Below are positions 43,225 to 60,216 of a stretch of 64,000 nt of DNA, piece after piece. Source of the stretch: the human T2T-CHM13v2.0 reference genome, Homo sapiens; the NCBI RefSeq assembly GCF_009914755.1, contig NC_060926.1; one strand, 5' to 3'. The notes under the pieces were generated by a model that saw only the letters and a list, made by a program, of their open reading frames with translations, was not told the origin of the DNA and searched no databases. The position numbers and the translations under genes are program-made. The stretch's first letter is position 1. Each line of letters opens with the position of its first letter.

Positions 43225-43764
43225 TGAGCCACTGCCCCCAGCCTATTATTTGTGGCTTTCTTACATGTTAGCACTGAGTTGAGTACTTTATGTATATTTT
43301 ATTTAATCATCACAATAGACCTGAGATGTAATTATTAATCACTATTTTAGAGAGATTGAGTAATTATCCAGAGGTCACATAACCAGTAGATGATAGGAAG
43401 CAGTTGTGATTTCCATGGAATAAAAATATCAGTGATCGATGACCTTACTTCTTTCAGGATCTCTAGAAGAGTACCTAATAGTGGTTTAATATTGATATAT
43501 GGAAGTCATTCTTTTTGATTTACTTTAACCTTATCTTCTTATTGTTCAATGGAGTTTTCTGATAATATATTCACAAGAAAGAATATTTAGCCCAAAACTG
43601 TGTTAGTATGAGTACTTAACTAGGTGGTAGTTAATCTTAGATTTAATTAACACTGTATGTTTACAAGAGCTGCTAAGTAATGTTGATTTTTATCCTATAT
43701 TTTTCCTGCCAAAGACCATTATTTATCCCATTTCTTCCTCCTTTTAATATGTTTTGTATTGTGA

Positions 43765-44400
<636 letters not shown>

Positions 44401-45348
44401 TAAAATACTGGTACATTTTGGGGGCATAGTTTCCCCCCCTCCCCCCACTTAGGGTCTTGCCCTGTCACCTAGACTGGAGTGCAGTGGCTGACTGCAGCCT
44501 TGACCTCCTGGGCTCCAGTGATCCTCCCACCTCAGCCCCCCAAGTAGCTGGGACTACAGGCGTGTGCCACCATTTCTGGCTAATTTTTGTATTTTTTGTA
44601 GAGGCGGGATTTGACCACGTTGCCCGGGCTAGTCTCGAGCTCCTGGACTCAAGTGATCCACCTGCCTCAGCCTTCCAAAGTGTTAGGATTACAGGTGTGA
44701 GCCACTGTGCTCATTCTACTACAATTTTTAATTGAAATTGTAGCTTATTTTTATGTTTATGAGCTGGCATGTATTTGGGTCTAACTGTAAACCCAGAAGT
44801 GTGAGGTAATGTTTGGGACTACAATCTTTAGGAATTAAGTTAAAGCATAAAATAAGAGTAGTTTAAAGATAGTAAGTTAAAAATAAGTTCAGAGCTAGGG
44901 AATCCATGACTGATGCTGTGGATCCGGGAAGTCATCAAGGAATCAGATGACTGTATTTTTACTCTGCCATCTTTGATTTGTCTTAATTGCAGACAGGAAG
45001 GAGGGAAGGCAGAAGAGCAGAAAAGACTTCTTCACAGCTTACTCACCTATACCTAGAAATAGCCTTCTAAGAATCTTATGTACACATCCACTTAAATTTT
45101 ACTGGGTAGAATGGCTCAGTGGCCGACTAGAAAAAGTAGTCAAAACTTGGGCACCCATCACTGTCCTGTGTAAAATCAGATTTTTTAATTAAAGGAGATT
45201 GGTTTATTGCATGGCAATTAATCTCTGCTACTGTAGAGATATTATTATGGAGCTCTTCTCATAAATAGAATAGAGTCCAGACGTGGTGGCTCACGCCTGT
45301 AATCCCAGCACTTTGAGAGGCGGGCAGATCACCTGAGTTCTCGAGTTA

Positions 45349-45659
<311 letters not shown>

Positions 45660-46851
45660 TTATTTTCTTATAGAACTGTTAATTGAAATAGCTAAATGGC
45701 AGAGTAGTTGTAACAGACATTGTTGAGTGCCATTCCACCAAATACATGGCCTGATTGATGTTTCAGAATCCTTTTCAAGTTATTTATTTATTTATTTATT
45801 CAGGACGGAGTCTCACTCTGTCACCCAGCCTGGAGTGCAGTGGTGTGATCTCAGCTCACTGCAACCTCTGCCTCCTGGGTCCAAGCGAGTCTCCTGCCTT
45901 AGGCTCCTGAGTAGCTGGTATTACAGGAGCCACCGCCATGCCTAGCTAACCTTTTTGTAGTTTTAGTAGAGGTAGGATTTCACCATGTTGGTCAGGCTGG
46001 TTTCAAACTCCTGACCTCAAGTGACCAACCTGCCTCATCCTCCCAAAGTGCCAGGATTATAGGCGTGAACCACCACGCCCAGCCCTTTTAAGGTCTTTTT
46101 GACAAGTTATTTTAGCACAGACTGTGTCTTAATTTTACATATCCCCAGTCTTACTCATTTGGCATAAATGTTTTTTCTGAAGATTGGATTTAATTTCTAT
46201 GCTGAATTTTAACAATATGATTATTGTTAAGATAGGGCAGTCCTGAATCTAAATGAATCTATTTAGATTTCAAAAATGTATTCAGTCAGTGGCCCCAGTA
46301 GTAATGATTTTTGATGGAATATATTAATAATTGATTTTTAAAATGATAGCCTTTTTTGACATAATGTAAACATATGCTTCCGTTTCTTTGTCAAATGGGG
46401 ATAATGAGAATGCTAAAGCAGCTAGGACAGTATTTGTCAAAGTTTTGGCATTTTGTGCTGGATAATTTGTTTTTCAGGACTGTCCTGGTGTGGTGTTGAA
46501 GTTTAGTAGCGTCCGTAGTCTCTACTCACTAAGATGTCAATAGCATCCCCTCATTTGTAACCAACCTGAAGTATTCCCTGGTGGGAAATTGCCCCGGCAC
46601 ACAATATCTAATAAATATTACTTATTTGTTTTAAAATATATTTTTGATTTATTGAGTGTTTTTGGTTCAGCTGTACTGTAGTTTATCAAAATGCAAGTTT
46701 TGGGTAGAGCAAGGACAGCCTGGGGATTTATTTTTTTAAAAAAATTTTAAAATACGTTCTCTTGCTGTGATAAAAGACTGTTGCATAGCTAGTGTTAGAG
46801 TTAATCTTTAGCTTGGACGTCTCTTTAACTGTGTGCTTATTTTCTTTTAAG

Positions 46852-47003
46852 ATATACTATGTAGTGCAAAAAGACTCAAGTTGTTAATGCAGCCTTTGAG
46901 TTCCATCCATGTGAGAACAGAAACTCTAGCATTAACAAAACTAGAAGTCTGGTGGTATTTACTGATGAGACTTGGACCTCATCTTCCTGCTAATTTTGAA
47001 CAG
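46852..47003 (+). CDS. RIF1: RIF1 exon 10 (DILCSAKR...ANFEQ)
   Basis: ttaag|AT ... CAG|gtaaca; 152 nt. Confidence 0.95.
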
Positions 47004-47104
47004 GTAACATTACAAGTGTTGACTATAACACTTTATGTTTTTGTTAATGTGTTCTTAAATTCTTACCAATGTAATCCTGTGGTGTTATTTTTGCTATTTA
47101 TTAG

Positions 47105-47413
<309 letters not shown>

Positions 47414-48177
47414 TAGATAGGGTTTTACCATGGTGGCCAGGCTGGTCTCGCACTCCTGGCCTCAAATGATTCGCCCATGCCAGCCTCCCAAAATGCTGGG
47501 ATTACAGGCATGAGCCACCGCGCCTGGCCCTGAAATGTTTTTAAATTAGCAAGTACTCAAACATTCTTACTCTACAAGCATTATGATTTTAAACAAAGGG
47601 TTTTTTCCCCTAGAGCATTTGGAATATAATTGAGAAGAAAACCAGCATCAGTGAAATAGAAATCAGCCGGGCGCGGTGACTCACGCCTGTAGTCCTAGCA
47701 CTTTGGGAGGCAGAGGCAGGTGGGTTGCCTGAGCTCAGGAGTTTGAGACCAGCCTGGGCAACATGGTGAAACCCCGTGTCTACTAAAATACAAAAAAGTA
47801 GCTGGGTGTGGTGGCATGTGCCTGTAGTCTCAGCTACTCGGGAGGCTGAGGAGAATTGCTTGAACCCAGGAGATGGAGGTTGCAGTGAGCTGAGATCACA
47901 CCACTGCACTCCAGCCCAGGCAACAGAGTGAGACTCCATCTCAAAAAAAAAAAAAAAGAGAGAAATCAAGTGCTACACTGGGTAGATACAAGGTTGGACC
48001 AGTTCTTGTTTTTTTATTTCTTGCTCCGTTTTCTAGGCTGCATAGTGATAACCAATGACTGAATCCTATTTATAGGTTCTTTTTAATTGTTACACAATGA
48101 TTTTACGAATTCTTCAGGATTTGCATATCCTTACTGGCATTTAGATATAAAGTTTAATCTTAACCTAAACCTTTTGA

Positions 48178-48399
<222 letters not shown>

Positions 48400-49241
48400 T
48401 AGTAGAGACGGGGTTTCACTGTGTTAGCCAGGATGGTCTCGATCTCCTGACTTTGTGATCTGCCTGCCTCGGCCTCCCAAAGTGCTGGGATTACAGGCAT
48501 GAGCCACTGCGCCAGCCTGGTTTTTGAATTTTTTTACAGTTAAAAGGAGCAGCTCTGCTAACATCTTTTTCATTTCTTTATCACTTATTTTGGATTTTGG
48601 GGGTACATTTTACTTCTGGGGGTATATTTTAGGGGTATATTTTATATTTTATATAAATAGCTGCATAGCAGGGAATGCATTCTTGGACAGGAGGACTTAT
48701 AAATATACTTAAGCCATTTTTATTCAGTTTTTAATTTTTTAATTATTGAGTTTTAAATTTATATAACATGAAATAATTGAAGATGGGCATTGTCAACAAT
48801 GTAATTTGCATCATAATGAATTTTCCAAATTCTACCATTATAAGGGTCCAATAGGCTAATTCTTTGCATTTGTCCAATACATTAATTGGAATAATTTATT
48901 TGGTAACTACATGTGACTGGTACTAGGATGATGTTAGAAATGAGCTTTGTCTGAGTTCATGTTTTCCAGAGTTTTAAAAAGTTAAAATTAGTCTACCAGT
49001 AATGTGTACAGTTCAGATGTTGATGTATATAAACAAATTTAGGTAATACATATTTAGGGCAAATACAGTTGTAATGTTCATATTTTTTCCAAATTCCACT
49101 TTTTAGCCTGTTTGTGCATGGAAACGATCTGTAAAATGGAATATATTAAGGCTCCATTTAATGAAATTTATATTATGTGAGGCTTTTAAAAACTGTGACA
49201 GTTGTATAGTTTATAGATCGATGTTTTCTTTTACCCCATAG

Positions 49242-49359
49242 GTTTGTGTGCCTCTGATTCAAAGTACAATAAGCATTGATTCTAATGCCTCACCTCAGGG
49301 CAATTCGTGTCATGTAGCTACATCTCCAGGTTTAAATCCTATGACTCCTGTACACAAAG
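49242..49359 (+). CDS. RIF1: RIF1 exon 11 (VCVPLIQS...TPVHK)
   Basis: catag|GTT ... AAG|gtaaga; 118 nt. Confidence 0.95.
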
Positions 49360-50604
49360 GTAAGAGGTAGATATTCTTGTTTTTTGCTTTTTTAATCAGG
49401 CTTTGTTGACCTAGAAGCATAGTTTTGAAGTAGGAAAAAAAAGGCTTTGAGAGGTTTTGCTCAGTGTTTTTCGTTTGAAATGAAGCACTTCATAATTTTT
49501 AGGTTCATTACCAAAAAATCCATTATCATGTTTTTCTGTTTTTTGTTTTTTTTTTTTAATATTACTGATTACTGTTGTAAGCGCATTGTTGTGGTTAGAA
49601 GAGACGGATGTTTTTTCAGTACATTATGTGAGGTGCCTTGCAAAAAAAGCCTCAGAGCAGCTAACATGAAACTGTTGATTTTAGAACCAGAATCTTAGCG
49701 CTATTAAAAACAACACATCGGCCAGGTGAGGTGGCTCACGCCTGTAATCCTAGCACTTTGGGAGGCCGAGCCCAGCAGATCACTTGAGGTCAGGCATTTG
49801 AGACCAGCCTGGCCAACACGGTGAAACCCAGTCTCTACTGAAAATAAAAAAATTAGCCGGGCGTGGTCGTGGGCCCCTGTAATAACCAGCTACCTGGGAG
49901 GCTGTGGCAGGAGAATTGCTTGAATCCTGGGAGGCGGAGGTTGCAGTGAGCCGAGATCTCGCCACTGCACTCCAGCCTGGGCGACAGAGTGAGACTCAGT
50001 CTCAAAAAAAACAAAATAAAACAAAAACAACACTTCAGCCAGGTGCAGTGGCAGGCACCTATAATCTCAGCATTTAGGGGGCTGAGGTGGGAGGATCACT
50101 TGAAGCCAGGAGTTGGATACCACCTGTGCTACATAGTGAGACCCTGTCTCTACAAAAAATTTAAAAATTAACTGAGCACAGTGGTATCCATCCATCTATA
50201 GTTACAGCTACTTGGAATGCTGATGGGAGAAGTGCTTGAGCCCAGGAGTTTGAGGTTGTAGTGAACTATGATTGTACCACTGCACTGCAGCCTGGGCAGT
50301 ACAATGAGACTCTGTCTCAAAAAAAAAAAAAAAAAAAATCTCAGCAGTTATAAAGTGTCTTCTTTATGTATGTCATTGAAAGACATATGATATACATGTG
50401 TGTCATATGTATTATTTTGTTTGCCATCTGAGTCTTCAAAATTTGTTACAGAATACCTGCATATTAATATTTCAAGGTATGGATTAATGCCTGAGACATT
50501 TAAACTCTGTTTTTAAAAGTTTCATTGAAATGAAATGTATGCATTTGGGTAGCTAATATAAAATGAGCTTGTATGACTTAACTCTTTTTTTTTTTTTCTT
50601 AAAG

Positions 50605-50781
50605 GTGCTTCCTCCCCGTACGGAGCCCCGGGAACTCCCCGAATGAACCTGAGTTCGAATTTAGGTGGAATGGCCACAATCCCATCCATTCAACTTTTGG
50701 GACTTGAAATGTTGCTTCATTTCTTGTTGGGTCCAGAAGCCTTGAGTTTTGCTAAGCAAAATAAACTTGTGCTGAGCTTAG
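50605..50781 (+). CDS. RIF1: RIF1 exon 12 (GASSPYG...LVLSL)
   Basis: ttaaag|GT ... TAG|gtattt; 177 nt. Confidence 0.95.
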
Positions 50782-51018
50782 GTATTTAAAGGTTTTAAGA
50801 ATAATTTTAATTACTAAAACAGTCTAGGACTTAATGCATTGGGGTGAGGAGAGGTGTTATTTTGTCGCAGCCAAAATATTTTATAGTTGTGTATGAAATA
50901 TGAATCTTTTTTTTATAGAAAACACACCTACTTAATAGACATTTTAAAGTTTTATAGTGAGAAATGTATTTCATAAATCTGTTGTTTTACATAATTATCT
51001 TTTATTCTTCCCTTTCAG

Positions 51019-51129
51019 AGCCATTGGAACATCCGTTAATCAGCAGCCCTTCCTTTTTTTCCAAACATGCAAATACACTTATCACTGCTGTTCATGATAG
51101 CTTTGTTGCAGTTGGAAAAGATGCCCCCG
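51019..51129 (+). CDS. RIF1: RIF1 exon 13 (EPLEHPLI...GKDAP)
   Basis: ttcag|AG ... CCG|gtaaga; 111 nt. Confidence 0.95.
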
Positions 51130-51170
51130 GTAAGAGAATTTGATTTATTATTTGCTCAAATGTGTGTTTA

Positions 51171-51516
<346 letters not shown>

Positions 51517-52141
51517 CTACTGGCCAGATTGTGCATTGAGAACTTTACATTTATTCATTTAATTTTCGCAGTAACATACCATGTTAGTTCATTTTACAAA
51601 TGAGAAAATGGGTTATACAGGAAGTACATAAGTTATGCAGAGTCACTTACGAGTGGTAGTACCGTGTCAAGCTCTATGGCTCTAGCATCTGTGCCTAAAC
51701 TCCTGTGTTACATGGCCTATCAAATAATGAGGAAAGGAAATTTCAAAAATTGTTTGCTCTTTAACTGGTTGGAAAAAGAATCACAATGAATCACATAAAT
51801 TTTTTCTATTGGTTGTTAGATATCCTTCTGAATCTCCGTGAACAATCTCTGCCCCAAAAGTAGTGGGCATTCAATTCAGAAAAGAAAGATAATTTAAAAA
51901 AAGATAAAACAATTACCCTTAGTTACACAATTCATTGTTAACATGTTATAGTTGTTTTAAGGAACACATTTATGGCTGGACATGGTAGCGCATGCCTGTA
52001 ATCCTGGCAGTTTGGGAGAGGCTAAGGTGGGAGGTTCACTTGAGGCAGATGTTTGTGACCAGCCTAGGAAATGTAGTGAGAGTGCTATCTTTACAAAAAA
52101 AAATAATTAGATGGGTGTAGTGGTGTGTACCTATAGTCCTA

Positions 52142-52276
<135 letters not shown>

Positions 52277-52461
52277 CTACAAACAAAAACGAAGTGATAG
52301 TGTTTTATAAACTTACTACAGGGTTGAGTATCATGAGGAAAATTAAATTAAGTATTGTTCAATTTATTTGTTTAATGTAAGGAAGTAAAGGGAGAGTGTT
52401 AGTCATAGTACGTAGTCATATGTACTTCATTTAAAATACTCAAGTTTATTTTGTTTGACAG

Positions 52462-52524
52462 ATGTGGTTGTCAGTGCTATCTGGAAGGAGCTAATTAGCT
52501 TGGTGAAGTCAGTTACTGAATCAG
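52462..52524 (+). CDS. RIF1: RIF1 exon 14 (DVVVSAIW...SVTES)
   Basis: gacag|AT ... CAG|gtaagc; 63 nt. Confidence 0.95.
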
Positions 52525-52670
52525 GTAAGCACTATTACACTGATCAAATGTTGTTTTTTGAAACAGGTGGTGATCAGATGATTTTTATAGCATCCGGTGA
52601 ATTGTTTGACTATATAAAATTTATTTTAAAAGTATTTCTTGCACTACCGTAGCTTCCAGTTTTTAATTTG

Positions 52671-53070
52671 TAGTTAATGTTTGAAGAACACTGGGGTTAG
52701 GTGTGCTGACCCACCACATGGTCCAAAATCTACATATAACTTCAGACTCCCCCAGAACTTAACTACTGATAACTTACTATCGATTGGAAGCCTTGCTGAT
52801 AACATAAATAGCTGATGAGCACATATTTATATGTTATGTGCATTATATGCTGTGTTCATTAACAATATTAGTAAATTAGAGAAAAGAATGTTAGGAAAAT
52901 CATAAGAGAAAACATAATCATTAAGTGGAAACGGGTTATATTCTTGTCTTTATGTTGAGTACACTAAGGAGGGAAGAGGAGGGGTGGAACTTGCTGTTTC
53001 CGGGATGGAAGAAAGTCTGAATAGGAGTGGACTCATGCCGTCCAAACCCGTGTCGTTCAAGGGTCAACTG
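52671..53070. mobile_element. Tigger2a (MER28)-like MITE
   Basis: Terminus GTTCAAGGGTCAACTG|TA; GACTCCCCCAGAACTTAACTACT motif. Confidence 0.75.
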
Positions 53071-53336
53071 TACTTAGTATTGTTGATTTAGAAAAAATAA
53101 ATTTTTACAGCTCTCTGTATAGTCATCTCTAAAATTACATGCTTAGAAATACACCCTTCTAGCCGGGCGCGGTGGCTCATGCCTGTAATTCCAGCACTTT
53201 GGGAGGCCGAGGCGGGCGGATCACCTGAGGTCAGGAGTTTGAGACCCGTCTGACCAACATGGAGAAACCCTGCCTCTACTAAAAATACGAAATTAGCCAG
53301 ACATGGTGGTGCATGCCTGTAATCAATCCCCAGCTA

Positions 53337-53785
<449 letters not shown>

Positions 53786-53811
53786 ATACCCTTCTTTTTG
53801 CTTTTTGATAG

Positions 53812-53912
53812 GTAACAAAAAAGAGAAACCAGGTTCTGAAGTTTTGACTCTCTTATTAAAGTCTTTGGAAAGCATAGTAAAGTCTGAAGTATTTCCTGTA
53901 TCAAAAACGCTG
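53812..53912 (+). CDS. RIF1: RIF1 exon 15 (GNKKEKPG...VSKTL)
   Basis: gatag|GT ... CTG|gtaagt; 101 nt. Confidence 0.95.
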
Positions 53913-54788
53913 GTAAGTATAATACCCGTATGTTGGACTTTAAAAACCATTTTCTGAAGTTAAATTTTATATAGAAGATATTTGCACAAATCTAGTTTGG
54001 GAAGACTTTTTTATATCAAGCATTCATCAGCAGTTTAGTCCTATTGCAATAAGTGCCATTCTATTAACTGTAGAGTCATTTGAAACCTTTTTAATAGTGA
54101 CTATAACAACAGCCACAAAAGTCTTCAACGTGGTAAGAAAAAAGTATCCGCCATACAGAGAAAAACTAGGGTAAAGGACATGAAACTTGAACTGAAGAAA
54201 CTCAGATGTCCTTTAATTTTATGACAAGATTGCTGAAAACTACTAATAGTTGGTACTTTGTTTTCAATTAACTGTTTTTAACCAAGATAATGACTTTGGT
54301 ATTAAAACCCCTTTTTTTTTTAAACCCGTGTAGTACAGGAAGAAAAGTGAATTGGATATGATTTTGAGGATATGGGCATCTCAAAATAAGCTCCAGTGGA
54401 ACAAACAATACCCTTAAATTCTGATTTTGTTTCCTTTATGTACTTTGATAGTTACTTGTTCTGTAGCAGTATAGCATAGTGGTTAATAGCAAGGGCTCTG
54501 GAGCATACTAGGTTGAATACCAGCCTAACTATTCATTAGCTGAGTAAATTTGTGCAGTTTATCTATTCCCTTGGCTTTGCCTAACCCCATATGTAAAGAG
54601 GGAATGTAGCAGTAGTTAAAGACTAAGTGAATTGATACATGGAAAGTACTATGGGCCAGGAACAAACTAATACTGTCTATTATTATTACTAATCTGTTTC
54701 AGGTGACAGTGTGTGAAAATGTATTTTCACTGACATAACTCTTCTATGACATTTAAGTTATGTAGTGCATGTTCATACCAGTATATTA

Positions 54789-55001
<213 letters not shown>

Positions 55002-55689
55002 TCAAAAAAGAAAAAAAAGACAGTATGGTAGTATTTTTGGAGAGCAATTTGGTAGGCTCAGTCAGTTTGATTTAGCAATCTTAGACCCAACTATTAGCAG
55101 TCCTTTGAATATTTGCTTTGGGTACCAGTATAATTAATTGCAGAATTTCTATTAGTAGTATAAAAAAACATAGAAATAGCCCCAAGGTCTCTTAATAGAA
55201 AAATGGTTGAATAAATAATGGACATTCATATAGCAGTATTTTTATATATTGATGCAAAAATTCCGTAACAAGGTAAAATGAAGGTTAGTTGCAGAGTTTA
55301 ATATCATTAGTGATTTACAGTGTAATGGCTTTAATGGTTTAAAGGAATGTGTGTATAACTGGCTGCCCAAGAAGTTGTGTGTTTTTCTGTGTACTTACAT
55401 ATACAGAAATTTAGAAGGTCTAGGAAAATAGACTCTGAACTGAAAATATTATCGTTGGAGATTAAAGACTTTACCTGCTTTTTATATTTCTGTGTTTGAA
55501 CTTCTAAAACGGATGCAGATATATTCATGTTAGTGAATGAATGTATTTGATCTTTTTTAACTAATGAGATTATATTTACGTTAATGAATGAACATTACTT
55601 GTAATTGTTAGAGATATAGTTAACACTCAGATTTTTATTAGATAATATTTTTACGGCTAATTTACTGTAAAACCTTTTATCTCTCATAG

Positions 55690-55776
55690 GTCCTCATGGA
55701 AATTACAATTAAAGGACTTCCTCAGAAAGTATTAGGTTCACCAGCATATCAGGTTGCTAATATGGATATTCTTAAT
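55690..55776 (+). CDS. RIF1: RIF1 exon 16 (VLMEITIK...MDILN), GC donor
   Basis: catag|GTC ... AAT|gcaagt; 87 nt; the GC donor keeps frame with exon 17 and gives the recalled ...DILNGTP... sequence. Confidence 0.92.
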
Positions 55777-55795
55777 GCAAGTATCTTAAATGTAA

Positions 55796-56087
<292 letters not shown>

Positions 56088-56562
56088 TGAACTCCTAACC
56101 TCGGGTGATCCCTCCGCCTTGCTCTTCCAAATCCTGGGATTACAGGTGTGAGCCACTGTGCCCAGCATATTTCCCTTTTTTTTAAAAAAAAAAAAAAAAA
56201 GAAAGATGACCTTATGTAAAATTCTGAGAGTATTGGATTTGAAGTATATTGACCAAATTAAAGGAAAAACTGATAGTTAATATAAAGAATTAAATATGCT
56301 GCTATGTGAATGAAAAAACTATTTTCCTGGATTAAATAAATGGCTCCAAAAGGAAAGTTTCCTAGTTGTTTATATACGATAATACTGTTGGTTACTGCCA
56401 TAAATATTGGAAGCTAATGTAAAATGCACTTAGTATCTCTAGGATATAGGCATTGGGATTCCAGTAAGTTTTAAATCTATGTTCTTTTTATATCTGGAAT
56501 CTCATAATTCCTTGATTTTCTGTGTAGAGGAAACAGCTATGATTAGACTATAAAGAGCTTGA

Positions 56563-56803
<241 letters not shown>

Positions 56804-57049
56804 TGATCCACCCGCCTCGGCCTCCCAAAGTGCTGGCATTACAGGAGTGAGCCACTGCGCCCGGCCAAGAGCTTGATTTTTGTGTGCAGTATATGGAAAT
56901 AATTTTACTAACATGGTTGTCATACCCTAAGTAATGCCAAAAGTTAAATTTGTCATGCTAAAACAATTTTATTTCTTAAATAACCAATTATAAAAAACAA
57001 ATGTTCTATTCTTTGTAACTGAGAAGATTGACTTCATTTTCTCCTTCAG

Positions 57050-57120
57050 GGAACTCCAGCTTTGTTCTTAATTCAATTAATTTTCAACAATTTCTTGGAA
57101 TGTGGTGTATCAGATGAAAG
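57050..57120 (+). CDS. RIF1: RIF1 exon 17 (GTPALFLI...VSDE)
   Basis: ttcag|GGA ... AAG|gtaagt; 71 nt. Confidence 0.95.
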
Positions 57121-57319
57121 GTAAGTTTGTACTTTAACTTGAAACTTTGTCTTGGAAAGGTTATGTAATGAATGAGATTATTTATGTACTATTTCATAAG
57201 TTTAAGTTTTTTTAAAAAAAATTCGTTAACTTTTTGTCAGTTATTTTAGAATTTTGTTAACATTAAATTAATATATTCCTGCCAAAAAGTTGATGCATTT
57301 TTTATAATTTTTTGTTCAG

Positions 57320-57500
57320 GTTCTTTCTCAGTTTGGAATCACTTGTAGGCTGTGTTCTTTCTGGTCCAACTTCACCACTAGCTTTCAGTGACTCAGTTTT
57401 AAATGTTATTAATCAAAATGCAAAGCAGTTGGAAAATAAGGAGCATCTCTGGAAAATGTGGAGTGTTATAGTCACCCCATTAACTGAATTGATTAATCAG
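57320..57500 (+). CDS. RIF1: RIF1 exon 18 (RFFLSLES...ELINQ)
   Basis: ttcag|G ... CAG|gtatga; 181 nt. Confidence 0.95.
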
Positions 57501-58070
57501 GTATGAAATAAATCTGCTACGTATTTTGGATAATAGACCTTTTTTTTTTGTTAGTGCAGTTGGGGAAATGAATAGAAGTTTGAATTTGAATAGAAGATGG
57601 TAAATATTTTTTCTGGTGGAATTGGTAAACGTTGTACTTTTGATTGATTTTATTGCATTTCTCCCTCACTGGTAAAGAAACTATAACTTAATGGGGACTA
57701 ATCAGCTTCATTTTCTTCAGTAGTGATTATAAACCTAGAAGGCTCACATAGATGTAAATTCTTGTATCTTGGATTCTTTCAGTAGTTTTATTAACAGGGA
57801 ATAACAGCGGTTATCTTGACTAGGCTATATATTCCCATAGTTAAGCCACGTTGGTGATTACCTCAAAGCCATATAGCATTTCCTTAAGTCAGGAATCTAT
57901 TGAGAGTTGAATAATCTGTGTATTTAAATACTTAAATCCTCAATGTTTACCTATTTAACAAAAGTGGGTATAGTGGCAGGCTGTGGGGCACAAGTTCTGT
58001 TTATGATTTGTCAGCCTCTTTGTCAGTCTTTAAATGGGAATATGCATTCTCTGGGCTAATAGTGCTGTAA

Positions 58071-58472
<402 letters not shown>

Positions 58473-58601
58473 TAAATAGCTCCCCACTGTTAGAATGATC
58501 CAGAGGCCCTTTTTATTGTATGAGTTTTTGCTGGAATGCTGTGTATGTATAGTAGAAGACTTTGGAGTTGGCCCTGGGATTCTTTTTTAGAACTTAAACA
58601 T

Positions 58602-59050
58602 AGTGCATAATTTCCCCAGATTGCAATTAACAAATTACAGCCAACTGGTGACTTAAAACTACAGGGATTTATTCTCTCACCGTTCTGGAGACCAGCTATC
58701 CAAAATCAAGGAGTTGGTAGGATTGGTTTCTCCTGGAGCTCTGAGACAGAATCTGTTCATGCCTCTCAGCTTCTGGTGGTTGCTGGCAATCCTTGACCTT
58801 CCTTGGGTTGTAGCTGCATCACTTGACTATGCCTCCATCTTCACATGGTATTGTTGTCTGTGCCTATCCAAATTTTCCTCTTACAGAAAAGACTGTTCAT
58901 TGGATTGGGGCTGACCCTAATCCAGTAGGACCTCATCTGAACATATGCAAAGACTTTATTTCCAAATAAGACTACATGCGTAGGTTCGAGGGGTTAAGAG
59001 TTAAACTTATTTTGAATCTCATCATTGGGGAACACAGTTTTGCCCACTAC
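58602..59050 (-). mobile_element. MLT1 (MaLR) solo LTR, MLT1C-like
   Basis: ATTTATTCTCTCACCGTTCTGGAG..CAAAATCAAGG..GCTTCTGGTGGTTGCTGGCAATCCTTG..ATTCCAAATAAG. Confidence 0.8.
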
Positions 59051-59128
59051 TTATAAATAAGTTATGTTACTACTTAGGATTAGAATAAGATGGTAATTTG
59101 TCTAACTTCATTATTTTTCTTGTTTTAG

Positions 59129-59236
59129 ACCAATGAAGTAAATCAAGGTGATGCCTTAGAACATAATTTTAGTGCCATCTATGGTGCATTGACTTTACCA
59201 GTAAACCACATTTTTTCAGAACAGAGATTTCCAGTG
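59129..59236 (+). CDS. RIF1: RIF1 exon 19 (TNEVNQGD...QRFPV)
   Basis: tttag|ACC ... GTG|gtaagg; 108 nt. Confidence 0.95.
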
Positions 59237-59258
59237 GTAAGGCATTGTCAAGTATTGA

Positions 59259-59684
<426 letters not shown>

Positions 59685-59801
59685 TGATGAAGGGCGAGAG
59701 AAGTTCTTTTGGATCTTTGATAATTTTTGGTATCATGGCCTTATTTCCTCTCTTCAGTTAGACCTCTGGGATGTGGGGGAAAGGTTATTACCCTGTGTTA
59801 G

Positions 59802-60002
<201 letters not shown>

Positions 60003-60216
60003 TGACCTCGAACTCCTGACCTCAGGTGATCCACCAACCTCGGCCTCCCAGAGTGCTGGGGTTACAGGCGTGAGCCACTGCACCCGGCCGTTAGTGTCTT
60101 TTTTGACACACTAAATGTTGCAGTGTTTTTAAAAAATGTTAAAGATGTATTGATTCTATAAACTTTGATAGATAGGTATATATTAACAAAACTTCTTTTT
60201 TTGTTGTTATTGGTAG

